Shown piece by piece: positions 37,396 through 46,197 of a stretch of 64,000 nucleotides of DNA. How positions within the stretch are numbered: the stretch's first letter is position 1; every line of letters starts with the position of its first letter. Under the pieces are notes generated by a model that saw nothing but the letters and a program-made list of their open reading frames with translations, had not been told where the DNA came from and did no database searches. The stretch lies in IMG/VR virus record IMGVR_UViG_3300028908_000006, positions 1 to 64,000 of that record; one strand, 5' to 3'. The DNA is from a virus. The position numbers were made by a program, and so were the translations under genes.

Positions 37396-37824
37396 TTAAT
37401 AAATTTCTACAGCTTCCAATGGAAGCCTATGTCCTTCCGCATTGTATGCGGAAGTTATACAACCGCCACATATAATTACTATCCCACAACACCCAGCGAA
37501 GTCCAAATATCCAAGATCTTGTTTGCTTGGCAAAATATGAGGGCATGGGTGCTTATGGACGATTATGAAATGAGTTGATGGGAAATCGTTGAAATGTATG
37601 GCAGTATCGTCTGAGCTTGTAATTTGTTCTGGAACTGCTATCTCGTCTCCTATGAATGTTTTGGTATTTGTGTCTATATGACCAAGAATGAAGAAGACCC
37701 ACTCGTTATCTTTTCCATATTCATTTTCCATTGCATCTGCTATCTCCAGCATTCTAGCTGGAAGTTTATATTTCTTTATCCCTTTTTTATCTTCAAGGAT
37801 TTTTTTGAGATCAAGGCTGGTCAC
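37396..37824 (-). CDS. JAB/MPN+ (JAMM) metalloisopeptidase
   Basis: EW...HKHPCPHILPSKQD = E...HxH-x7-S-x2-D; GTG start 37824 likely (ORF open to 37902). Confidence 0.75.
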   Translation of the reverse strand: MTSLDLKKILEDKKGIKKYKLPARMLEIADAMENEYGKDNEWVFFILGHIDTNTKTFIGDEIAVPEQITSSDDTAIHFNDFPSTHFIIVHKHPCPHILPSKQDLGYLDFAGCCGIVIICGGCITSAYNAEGHRLPLEAVEIY

Positions 37825-38128
37825 TATCACCGCCAACGATTTCAAAATTTTCCATATCGTAGTAGTCCCACAGGGCGTTATCTGGATTGTCAGGCTCTCC
37901 ATCCCAACAGGCTTTGAAGTCTCCTATCAACTCTGCATTATTTGGGACGCCCAAGTATTCAGCAAAGTCTTTTTTTGCTATCACCATTGCCTTACATTTG
38001 TAGCAATGTTCATATCTTGTTATACAATTGTGTGGTTCCCAATCAGATAGTCTGTACACTTTACTACCATCAAGTAAATCATAGCTATTTTTTACTTTTT
38101 CCCTCTCTATGGTTTCAGTTTTCTGCAT
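37811..38128 (-). CDS. hypothetical protein
   Basis: 105 aa; AGGAGG RBS. Confidence 0.6.
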   Translation of the reverse strand: MQKTETIEREKVKNSYDLLDGSKVYRLSDWEPHNCITRYEHCYKCKAMVIAKKDFAEYLGVPNNAELIGDFKACWDGEPDNPDNALWDYYDMENFEIVGGDSDQP

Positions 38129-38130
38129 AT

Positions 38131-38592
38131 CTACACCTCCTTTTTATACGCTTCAATCATTTTTTCTAGAACTTTAATACTATTCTCAGCATCTTCGTTA
38201 CTACTTTTAATAGTATCTACCAATGCTTCCATAAATTCAGGAAGCATTTTGGCTGCTTCTCTATATATCTTTGGCGTGCCAGTATATAACCTGCAGTTGT
38301 AATCGTTCATATAATACCAAACATCATTTGGTGGTCTATCTCCTGTAATTATATAATCATATACATCAACTACCCACGCGAATACTGGTCCGTATGACCA
38401 CCTTGGATTATGCCCCAAAACATCTCTATACCACATTAGTCTTTTGTATCTAAACGAGTTGTATGGGATATGTTTACCAATAATGTCGGCTATCTCATCC
38501 ATCAGTTCTCCGATTCTCCGGAGAGACGAATTATAGCGCTCTCCAAGAGCGCGGATATTTTCTAGAATGGTTTTTTGGTGTTTGTTTTTCAT
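38131..38592 (-). CDS. hypothetical protein
   Basis: 153 aa; AGGAGG RBS. Confidence 0.65.
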   Translation of the reverse strand: MKNKHQKTILENIRALGERYNSSLRRIGELMDEIADIIGKHIPYNSFRYKRLMWYRDVLGHNPRWSYGPVFAWVVDVYDYIITGDRPPNDVWYYMNDYNCRLYTGTPKIYREAAKMLPEFMEALVDTIKSSNEDAENSIKVLEKMIEAYKKEV

Positions 38593-38606
38593 AGCCTCTA
38601 CCTCCT

Positions 38607-39266
38607 TTAACTGTAGAAACTACATTGTTTTTCGCCTGTTATGCGCCACTTATTGTATAGCTCATGTAAGTATTCAATCACACCTTCTGTAAAATGCTCC
38701 ATTATTTTGTTAACTGCCTTGGCGTAGATCAAGTTTAGTTTATCAATTATTTGTTGTATAATCTCATCATCGTCTGGCGGAGGTACTGGAGGTGGAGGCC
38801 CTATCGTGCTTGATATAGATGGGGTGATGATCTCTACTACAACTGGATATTTTTCTTTATATTCTCTTAACTTTTCCAAGTATTTTCTTCTATCTGAAGA
38901 CATATCATAATGCTTTCCATGATAGTAATATTCTGAATAATACCAGCCAGATTTATGAACTTTACCGTTCTCGTCCATTGCTACTATATATTTCAGTCTA
39001 CCACTAGCAAATAAGATATTGTTTCTACCATTTTTATTGAGTTTATTTAAGCATTCGTAAAGAATTTCGTCTATTTCTTCGAGAACTTCTTCATCAATGA
39101 ACTCTTCATCTACTGTTTTGGCAATCCAGTTTACTGTGTCTGATATTAAGCATAATTCCAATTCATCGAAATCTTCATCAATGTTGTTTATAGTCCTGCT
39201 GAGCGATTCTACCGCACTTATAACCATTTTTTCTTTATTGTTGTCCATCACCATGCCTCCTTTCAT
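38607..39266 (-). CDS. hypothetical protein with Pro-rich linker
   Basis: GPPPPVPPPD. Confidence 0.6.
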   Translation of the reverse strand: MKGGMVMDNNKEKMVISAVESLSRTINNIDEDFDELELCLISDTVNWIAKTVDEEFIDEEVLEEIDEILYECLNKLNKNGRNNILFASGRLKYIVAMDENGKVHKSGWYYSEYYYHGKHYDMSSDRRKYLEKLREYKEKYPVVVEIITPSISSTIGPPPPVPPPDDDEIIQQIIDKLNLIYAKAVNKIMEHFTEGVIEYLHELYNKWRITGEKQCSFYS

Positions 39267-39269
39267 ATT

Positions 39270-39755
39270 CTAATAACCCAAATCTTCAATGTATTCTTCA
39301 AGTCTTTGCCTATCTTCTTGTCTCCAGCTATTCAAGATTTCTCCGACAATCTTATCAAGGCTATACGCTTCTCTATATGCGCCGCCTACCTTGCATATTA
39401 GTTTTGTACATTTAAGAAGATCATGCACAAATTCTTGACTATAGCTTGATAACCCACCTATCCCAAAATTATAATCCAGCCAGAATAAGAACTTATCCGG
39501 ATCTTTTGGCGGTGTATCTTTTATAAGCCATTCAGGATAGATCCTTATGGTTCTTGTATCATTATATATTTCTATAACATATCCTCTATCCTTGGCTATT
39601 TCTACGGCTTCATCTCTATTTTCAAATATAGCTTCATATTTATCGGCTTCCTGTTTTATTGTTTGATATTCCGGAATATCTGCCTGCTCCATATAGGTGA
39701 TTACTTTTTCTATGAGTTCGTTTATAAGCTTTTCTAAAGCTTTCTTGTTTTCCAT
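39270..39755 (-). CDS. hypothetical protein
   Basis: start MENK at 39755 after AAGGAGG. Confidence 0.6.
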   Translation of the reverse strand: MENKKALEKLINELIEKVITYMEQADIPEYQTIKQEADKYEAIFENRDEAVEIAKDRGYVIEIYNDTRTIRIYPEWLIKDTPPKDPDKFLFWLDYNFGIGGLSSYSQEFVHDLLKCTKLICKVGGAYREAYSLDKIVGEILNSWRQEDRQRLEEYIEDLGY

Positions 39756-39868
39756 AATCTCTTCCTCCTTAGAATAAATAGATTTCAATCTCTGTGATAT
39801 TAAGTAACCTATGACCGAACCAAGGAAGAGCCTTCTTTCTTCATCATTGGTATCATTGAAAGGTTCAT

Positions 39869-40123
39869 TTAAGCCCTCCTTATTCTCAGGAGTGCGTCCA
39901 TATAAGATCGGCGTATTTCCTCCCACTCGCATATTTTCTCAATATCTTCATCTCGCATATTGACAAACGCATAGTGATCTTCTTTTATGAAAGTTTCTAT
40001 CACTTCTTTTGCTAAGTCCATAGCGTATATGGCTGTATCTATAACTTGCTCAGCGGCAAGCCTTCTATCAGCGCCTTTTGTGCGTATAGCAATATCTGCA
40101 AGGCTTTTAAGGACCTCTTTCAT
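39869..40123 (-). CDS. hypothetical protein
   Basis: 84 aa; AAGGAG RBS. Confidence 0.6.
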   Translation of the reverse strand: MKEVLKSLADIAIRTKGADRRLAAEQVIDTAIYAMDLAKEVIETFIKEDHYAFVNMRDEDIEKICEWEEIRRSYMDALLRIRRA

Positions 40124-40232
40124 TGTCCACTCTCCTTTCCCTGATTTTCTTGCAGTCCCCGAGAATATCCCAGAGACTCCAGGAAAACCAGAGATTTTTC
40201 TATAGCTGTATCTGGCCGCATATAGGGCTCGT

Positions 40233-40385
40233 TCATTTATTTTTCCTTATTTCAGCTAAACATTTTTCGCATATTCCATGGCTTATTCCAAGAACACCGT
40301 GTCCGGGCTTTATGCCCAGGAATATTCCACACTTTATGCAAAAACGGAATATAACCTTATCTCGCAACAAGTCTCTTATTGGCAT
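40233..40385 (-). CDS. 50-aa Zn-finger protein
   Basis: FCIKCG...SHGICEKC; below the ORF-track cutoff. Confidence 0.6.
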   Translation of the reverse strand: MPIRDLLRDKVIFRFCIKCGIFLGIKPGHGVLGISHGICEKCLAEIRKNK

Positions 40386-40522
40386 ATTCTAGTCTCCACT
40401 ATCGTCAAATAAATCTATATTATTTTCTACGATATATGAGATTATTGCTCTTTCTATAGTCTCAATTATGAAACGTTTCTTATTAGCTATGAATTTTACA
40501 ATACAGATCAATATATCAAACA

Positions 40523-40906
40523 TTATCTCAGGTCCCCTCTAATAATATCTTGAATTCTATAGAAGAAACTCTTCTTATACTCGCAGGCATTGTTATATTG
40601 CTCGATAATCAGAGTCCTAATTGCCTTTATGGTTTCGATATCGGCTAGGATAGAAATAGTATCGGTGGGCAGGTTATTGGCTGGAACATATTTACTTTTC
40701 TTGGGACTATAGCGTCTGAATATAATCTTCTTTCTATTGGGATCATATTTAATTTCTATATCGTTGAACGCGCTTGATATTTCTTGAGACAATATGTCGC
40801 TATCAAGGACTATTGTCTGGTTTATGCCAATATTATCACGGATATCTTGTGCTAAGGCCGCATAGGCGGCCTTAATATCGCTAAAAGACAAGATCGTGTT
40901 TTTCAT
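40523..40906 (-). CDS. first gene of the early operon, hypothetical
   Basis: start MKNT after AGGAGG. Confidence 0.65.
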   Translation of the reverse strand: MKNTILSFSDIKAAYAALAQDIRDNIGINQTIVLDSDILSQEISSAFNDIEIKYDPNRKKIIFRRYSPKKSKYVPANNLPTDTISILADIETIKAIRTLIIEQYNNACEYKKSFFYRIQDIIRGDLR

Positions 40907-40941
40907 AGGTTTTTCCTCCTTTTTTTGTTTTTTGACCAAAG

Positions 40942-41020
40942 AAAAACCCCTACAGGCCCGATTATGAGCCTATAGGGGTTATAAGACAAAAAAAGGGAGA
41001 CTCCTTAGTAGGAGTCTCCC
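40942..41020 (-). terminator. tandem intrinsic terminators; the second contains a promoter
   Basis: GGGAGACTCC/GGAGTCTCCC + T7; AACCCCTATAGGC...GCCTGTAGGGGTT + T-tract; TTGTCT(40989)-17-CATAAT(40966). Confidence 0.75.
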
Positions 41021-41027
41021 CTAGGCG

Positions 41028-41348
41028 TTACTTAGAAGTAAGGTCGGCGAGAAGGAAACCGTGCCTTCTTGGTTTAGGCTCGCGTACAAAAGCTTTCGGT
41101 AGTGTTACGTTACCAGAGAAGAAATCGTCGCGTTGGTAACCGTACTCAGCAAGCTTGCCGAGTACAACGTCGCGGACATAAAAACCGAGACTAGCCAGTT
41201 CTTTTTTCATAAACTGGCGGATCATCTTTTTACCGGCGAAACTGAGCCTTAAAAACTTCTCAAACTCAACGACGGCGAGATTGCCGTCTACCTTAAACCA
41301 GAACTTGGTTCCATCTTTACTTTGTTCCTGTTTCTTTTGTTCTGCCAT
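41028..41348 (-). CDS. hypothetical (immediate-early?) protein
   Basis: 106 aa; AAGGAGGT RBS; own terminator. Confidence 0.7.
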   Translation of the reverse strand: MAEQKKQEQSKDGTKFWFKVDGNLAVVEFEKFLRLSFAGKKMIRQFMKKELASLGFYVRDVVLGKLAEYGYQRDDFFSGNVTLPKAFVREPKPRRHGFLLADLTSK

Positions 41349-41732
41349 CTTCTTACCTCCTTTATCTTTTTTCTCTTCCTAAGTAACTTGATTTAAGCGT
41401 CAAAAATTTGACACCTTGAAAATTTTTCTTCGATGCAAGGGTAACTTACAAAAACAAGAACAAAAAACGCAATGCGCAAGAACCAAAACAAACTTTAGTC
41501 AATTATACAAGCAAAGCAATTAAATCTCTCACGCAGACTGTAAAATTAAACTTTTTTCTTGAAATTTCTTGCCAAACGAAAAAGTTTCGCTTAGTGATTT
41601 AGACTAAGTCTCAGTAGTGAATGCAACGTAAAGAATAAGAATGAAGGAAAAGTGCTACTGGTAGGCAAAAAAAAGAAAAGGGCCTAAGCGGCCCCAAAGG
41701 AAAAAGAAGAAAAGAGAACCTAGTTAGCCAGC

Positions 41733-42182
41733 CTAGACCTTACAGCCCAGACTGGCTAATTTCTTTTCTACTAGCGAGACCTTCTTGGTCTCGCCCTTCT
41801 TCTTATACTCACGCAGGAGATCTCTAAGATAGATCTCTTGCGCAAGCGTGCTCATGTGGGAAAGGCTTTTATCTATGTAGGCCTTGCCGGTGCCGGCTTG
41901 GGAAAGAATAACTCCAAGCTGCTCAAAAACTTGTCGGCACGCTTGTTTCTCTTTCCATGCTGACAAGTCGCGGTAGCTATCCTCCAAGAATGTTTGATAT
42001 ATCTCTAAAGACTTCTTGACAAAAAAAGGCAAACGCTTTCGGTGCCGCTTGCCTCTTGCGTGTTCCGCAAGGCTTTCTTCAAGGCTTTGCGGAAGATTAA
42101 AACCGTTGTCAATCAGGGTGACGTCCTTTTCGATGTTGTCGTCTTGGTTCCAAGGATACAAGCTTCTTTCAAACTCTCTCAT
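41733..42182 (-). CDS. hypothetical (immediate-early?) protein
   Basis: start MREF after GGGAGG; promoter TTGACA(42251)-17-TAGAAA. Confidence 0.65.
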   Translation of the reverse strand: MREFERSLYPWNQDDNIEKDVTLIDNGFNLPQSLEESLAEHARGKRHRKRLPFFVKKSLEIYQTFLEDSYRDLSAWKEKQACRQVFEQLGVILSQAGTGKAYIDKSLSHMSTLAQEIYLRDLLREYKKKGETKKVSLVEKKLASLGCKV

Positions 42183-42251
42183 AGTCTCTTCCTCCCTATT
42201 TTTGGTTTTATCCTTTATTTCCTTTCTATCTCTCCTCATCGTCTTTGTCAA

Positions 42252-43340
42252 GTTAAAACTTTACTCATTTCCCCTCGTTACAATCGAAACTTATGCCACA
42301 TGCATCCTATCATCCTAGCCATCTTAGCCACACCACCACAACGACAAAAAGCGTACTTACAAAACACCACTATTATCCTTCCCTACCAAACAAGCAAGTG
42401 AGAATGAGTCTCAGTAGCTAGTTAAGTGTGTTGGTCCTTAGTTACTTAGAGACGTAGAAGGCAAGAAGCGCACCCAAAAGAAAGAGAGACAAGCTACAAA
42501 ACAGGCCAGACAAGAAGGAAGTGTGTAGCTGCTAGTGAATCTGAGATACAGTAGAGGCAAGGCGTTTTTGTGGGAGTGGCGAATTTTTCTGGGAGAAGGG
42601 GAGGGGCGTGTCTGGGCCATAGCTCCATACAAGTATTTACAAGTATTTTATGCAGGTATATTTTATCCTGTAACTGTATCCTACAATCACATAATAATCC
42701 CTTTATATATTGTATAGATGGTATCCTGGATGTAAAACAGTTTTATTGTGGTTTGGCGTGTGGGAAATCTCTTGTCTCTGTGGTGTGGGTGATGGTTTGG
42801 GAGTAATTTTTCTGGGGCAGGGGTAGGGGGGATGTTTTTTAGAATAGTTTTAATTTCATTGTGGTGGCGTGGTGTTGATAGGCTATTATTTCTGGTTATC
42901 TGTTGTTATTGGTTATTATTTGCTGTTATGGCGGATTATTGGTAGCGGAGCTGGTTTGGGGGTGGTTAGTGGTGTGGGAGAGGGTTGTGAATGGTAATTT
43001 GGCTGAAAGTGTTGATAGAGTAGGGAAAGAATAGAATTTGTCATTTGAATTCTCCTAGGGGGAAAGTAAAGGGAGAGGGCTGGAATTTTGTGCAGTATAG
43101 TGCGTGGAGTGCTCAAAATTTCTTTCGAAATCTATTGTTTTCTGCTTGGTGGCTATGGGTGTGATTTCACGATGGTCCATTTTTCTGCTAGGGATTGGAA
43201 TAAGCTGGAACCATTGATAGCCAACGGATTGCTGGAAATGTAGTAAAATGAATGGCGATTCAGTTATGATCTGCTTGGGTAGATAAGATAACAAACAAGA
43301 GATGGTTAGTCTATACCTGGGTATTCTTGGTAGTGGTATA
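42252..43340. other. long non-coding divergence region (origin or genome terminus candidate)
   Basis: CA-rich to GT-rich skew switch; AT-rich core with short repeats; two G-run clusters; transcription diverges from it. Confidence 0.55.
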
Positions 43341-43344
43341 TCCT

Positions 43345-43580
43345 TATGGGCATAATTATGCCCATAGAGGAAATGGTCATTTTTATGCACATAAAACCAT
43401 GACCAACAATATGGGCAATAATATGCCCATAAGCTATGTAGGTATTTTTATGGATGCTTTTATGCCCATAATCCGTATGGGTAATATTATGCCCATAAAG
43501 TTAATGGCCGTAAAAATGCCCATACTTGACAAGGGGTATAATTATGGGTATTTTAAGGTATGGGCATAAAAATGGTCATA
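43345..43580. repeat. array of about nine 22-bp quasi-palindromes TATGnnCATAnnTATGnnCATA with about 27-bp period (array C)
   Basis: units at 43345 (perfect TATGGGCATAATTATGCCCATA), 43372, 43398, 43410, 43449, 43476, 43503, 43531, 43559. Confidence 0.9.
43526..43554 (+). promoter_or_regulatory. sigma70 promoter embedded in array C
   Basis: TTGACA-17-TATTTT. Confidence 0.7.
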
Positions 43581-43607
43581 GATACCACATAAAAGGAGGG
43601 TCTGTTT

Positions 43608-43898
43608 ATGAAACCATACAAGGTATTGATTGATGAGAATCTGGTTCGGTTGGTTCCAAGAAGGAAGCTGAGTGAGTGGGTGCGGGAAGGGCTACTCTGG
43701 CGGATTGGTGTGGCTTATGGGATTTCTGATTTTGGGAAACTGCTCGAGATGGTGGAAAGTGATGCTGCGTTTCAGGGAGTGCCTGAAGAGTTGCGGGCCA
43801 GGCTTTGTGTTTTAGCCACTAAGCTCTTGCTCAAGAAGTATGGTGCTGATAAACTTATGTCTATGCTTGGAATCGAAAAGGAGGTAAGCCATGATTAA
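43608..43898 (+). CDS. ribbon-helix-helix-like DNA-binding protein
   Basis: KPYKVLIDENLVRLVPRRKLSEWVREGL; directly downstream of the array; AAGGAGG RBS. Confidence 0.6.
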   Translation: MKPYKVLIDENLVRLVPRRKLSEWVREGLLWRIGVAYGISDFGKLLEMVESDAAFQGVPEELRARLCVLATKLLLKKYGADKLMSMLGIEKEVSHD

Positions 43899-44316
43899 GC
43901 CTGGAGACCTGGTTGTTTTTGATGGTTACTATTATGACAATAAGGAAAAGAAGGTTGGGGCCTATCTTGGAGAAGCTACGGTATCTGGTACAGAATCTCC
44001 CAAGTATCATGTCGTGGTTCCACTCTCAGGTTTTGTAGAAGAGAAAGACCTTTCAAAAGTCCTTGTTGAAAAGAAAGTGGATTTAAATACCTGCAAAAAG
44101 CTCAACGATAGAGAAGTGTATTACCGTACTTTGTTAGTTCCAGAGATCTGGCCGATTGACGATTTTGATGTCCAGATTCGTGTAAGAGTTTATGGCACGG
44201 TAAATATTCCTCTGGAAAGAGCCCATGAGTTACCTTCTTTGGATCTTCTTGCTGATGTCTGTGAGCTTAAGGTCTTGGTCAAAGACAAACTTACTTCTCA
44301 AGGCCAAGAGAGCTAG
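43891..44316 (+). CDS. hypothetical protein
   Basis: IKPGDLV; AGGAGG RBS. Confidence 0.6.
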   Translation: MIKPGDLVVFDGYYYDNKEKKVGAYLGEATVSGTESPKYHVVVPLSGFVEEKDLSKVLVEKKVDLNTCKKLNDREVYYRTLLVPEIWPIDDFDVQIRVRVYGTVNIPLERAHELPSLDLLADVCELKVLVKDKLTSQGQES

Positions 44317-44432
44317 TGATTGGAGGTGGCCAAAATGAAACCCAATGAGTGGTTTGAAAGAAAACTTTCCGAGGCCCGTGAAACTATAGAAAACAAAACA
44401 GAAAAAGTTAAAGAAAAAAATGGAGGTGAATA

Positions 44433-44804
44433 ATGGAAAAGTTTGTAAGCTACAAATGGTTTGGTGGGAAAGTATCAGGCACCAGGGATTGGGAGCTTGA
44501 AACGTTTATGGGAGCAGTCCCATTCATGGGGACGACATCGTTTGATTCTGGTTTTGAGACAATACAGATAGATTTCCCTGTATCCATGTTGATTCATGTT
44601 AAGCTCGAATTCGGATGTCTCGTGTTCGTTTTCAAAGACAAACTTCAGTTCCTGTATGCAGAAACAGAAAACAGCAGGACCACCGTGCGATCCATGATGG
44701 TGTTCAATAAGATAACAGTCCCGGTTGTAAGGGATATTAAAGGCCTCGAAAAAGAATTGTCTTCTCTTGGGATACAGTTTGTTGGGAGGATAAAAGATGG
44801 CTAG
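44433..44804 (+). CDS. hypothetical protein
   Basis: GGAGGTG RBS. Confidence 0.6.
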   Translation: MEKFVSYKWFGGKVSGTRDWELETFMGAVPFMGTTSFDSGFETIQIDFPVSMLIHVKLEFGCLVFVFKDKLQFLYAETENSRTTVRSMMVFNKITVPVVRDIKGLEKELSSLGIQFVGRIKDG

Positions 44805-44970
44805 TCTCAAGGATCTCCCATGTCGTGTATGTGGGGAGGAGGTAAAAGTTGACCGTAAGGCAATTTCTGTGATATGTGGTTCTTGCTCACAAAAGCTTGT
44901 CAATTATATCAGGCGCAAAGAGGAAGAAGCCCTTGAAAAACAAAAAAGGAAAAGGAGATCCGCCAGATGA
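44797..44970 (+). CDS. 57-aa Zn-finger protein
   Basis: CRVC...CGSC; GGAGG RBS. Confidence 0.6.
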   Translation: MASLKDLPCRVCGEEVKVDRKAISVICGSCSQKLVNYIRRKEEEALEKQKRKRRSAR

Positions 44971-45194
44971 CCATCCAGGAGATCAAGAAGCTTCTGTGGC
45001 AGGCTACCAGAGAGAAATTCCTGATGTCAGGGAAGACGTATGAGGAGATAGCCAGAGAGATGGGTGTTACTAGACAATGGGTATGGCAGGTCATCGGCCC
45101 TCACTTCAAGGAAAATATCTTGCTTGAAACCCTGGATGAGTTTGCATCCCATTTTGGGATCAAATGTAATTACAAAATTGAAATGGAGGGGTGA
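44967..45194 (+). CDS. XRE-like HTH regulator
   Basis: TYEEIAREMGVTRQWVWQV. Confidence 0.75.
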   Translation: MTIQEIKKLLWQATREKFLMSGKTYEEIAREMGVTRQWVWQVIGPHFKENILLETLDEFASHFGIKCNYKIEMEG

Positions 45195-45535
45195 GAATGA
45201 GAAGTGTTATGCTTGCTTTGTTATTTATGGTATTGTGTATCGGTCAAGGATTCTGTGGTCCGTATTGTGAGATTGTGGGTGACTTTGTAACAAACGCATA
45301 CCGTATGGGCTACAACACGAATAGAGACTGTGCTCGTTTTGGGGAGTTCTTTTACAGAAGCTTGAGGAGAGCGTCTATTGAGGATGCGGCTTATTTTTCT
45401 GACCTTGCAAGCAAGGCCTGTGCAATGGGCCGGCTCGATAGGATAGCTGGCCGTGGTTCCAGGGAAGACTACGTTAGGATGGTCGTTGTTGATAGATGCA
45501 ATATGATCGAAGCAGCCAAGAACAAGAAGAAATAA
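45191..45535 (+). CDS. secreted Cys-containing protein
   Basis: N-terminal signal peptide; four Cys in the mature part. Confidence 0.55.
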   Translation: MRMRSVMLALLFMVLCIGQGFCGPYCEIVGDFVTNAYRMGYNTNRDCARFGEFFYRSLRRASIEDAAYFSDLASKACAMGRLDRIAGRGSREDYVRMVVVDRCNMIEAAKNKKK

Positions 45536-45536
45536 C

Positions 45537-45565
45537 TTGACATTTGTTTTGCTGGTTATTATTCT
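45537..45565 (+). promoter_or_regulatory. sigma70 promoter
   Basis: TTGACA-17-TATTCT. Confidence 0.7.
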
Positions 45566-45596
45566 TTGTAGAAAAACACGAGAAGGAGGTTTGGTT

Positions 45597-45827
45597 ATGG
45601 GTAGGAAGAGGTCTCGTAACATCACCAAGGATGATGTCAGGTTTGTTTACGAAAACTATGGCAGGATGACCCATCGCCAGATGGCTGAGCAGCTTGGTAT
45701 CTCCTACTATCAGGTGGCCAGGATTGTTAATAGTTTGCGGCAAAAAGGAGTCGACCTTCCCACACTCAGGGCGTCCAGGAACCCAATAGATGAGTTTGTG
45801 GCCGAGTTGAAGTCTGAGCAGATGTAA
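45597..45827 (+). CDS. HTH DNA-binding protein
   Basis: MTHRQMAEQLGISYYQVARIV; AAGGAGG RBS. Confidence 0.75.
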   Translation: MGRKRSRNITKDDVRFVYENYGRMTHRQMAEQLGISYYQVARIVNSLRQKGVDLPTLRASRNPIDEFVAELKSEQM

Positions 45828-45852
45828 TCCTGGTGAGGTTGAAGGGATGTGG

Positions 45853-45886
45853 AAAGGCCCGGGGCATCTCTTCCCGGGCCTTTTTT
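45853..45886 (+). terminator. intrinsic terminator between convergent genes
   Basis: AAAGGCCCGGG...CCCGGGCCTTTTTT. Confidence 0.85.
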
Positions 45887-45888
45887 GT

Positions 45889-46197
45889 TTATGCTTTTCC
45901 CGGTTTGATGATTGGCTTTGATTCGATTACAAGCCCGCTGGTGATCTTGACGTATTCCTTTACAAGCTCCTTGTTTATATCTGGTTCTCTCACAATAGCT
46001 GTCACATGATCTTTGTTCACCTTGATGGTTGTATTTTGTTCTGCTCCAACTATAAAACTCTGAAATGCAATCCCAATCCTCCCATCCGGTGTTGGTTGCA
46101 AGAAGATGGACATGGGTTGTTTGAGCTTATAAATATCACCCTCTGTCCTGCCAATAACTGTCTCCCCTGAAATAAGCCTTAGCAAAACAAACATCAA
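45889..46197 (-). CDS. Sm-like-fold phage protein
   Basis: LLRLISGETVIG...LKQP...ELVKEY..ITSGLV pattern. Confidence 0.55.
   Translation of the reverse strand: MMFVLLRLISGETVIGRTEGDIYKLKQPMSIFLQPTPDGRIGIAFQSFIVGAEQNTTIKVNKDHVTAIVREPDINKELVKEYVKITSGLVIESKPIIKPGKA

Noticed and set aside
39782-39809. GTTACTTAATATCACAGAGATTGAAAT on the - strand as a solitary CRISPR repeat (RNA anti-CRISPR)
   Set aside because: Single copy; ATTGAAA is expected many times by chance in AT-rich DNA; host repeat unknown
41000-42550. Restriction-site avoidance in a putative first-injected region
   Set aside because: GATC and GANTC are present; absence of CCWGG is not significant at this length
42438-43569. Short ORFs in the control region
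   Set aside because: Low-complexity translations of skewed or repeat DNA with no RBS
43345-43580. Array C as a CRISPR array
   Set aside because: Units are degenerate 22-mers separated by about 5 bp with no unique spacers; operator/iteron-like instead
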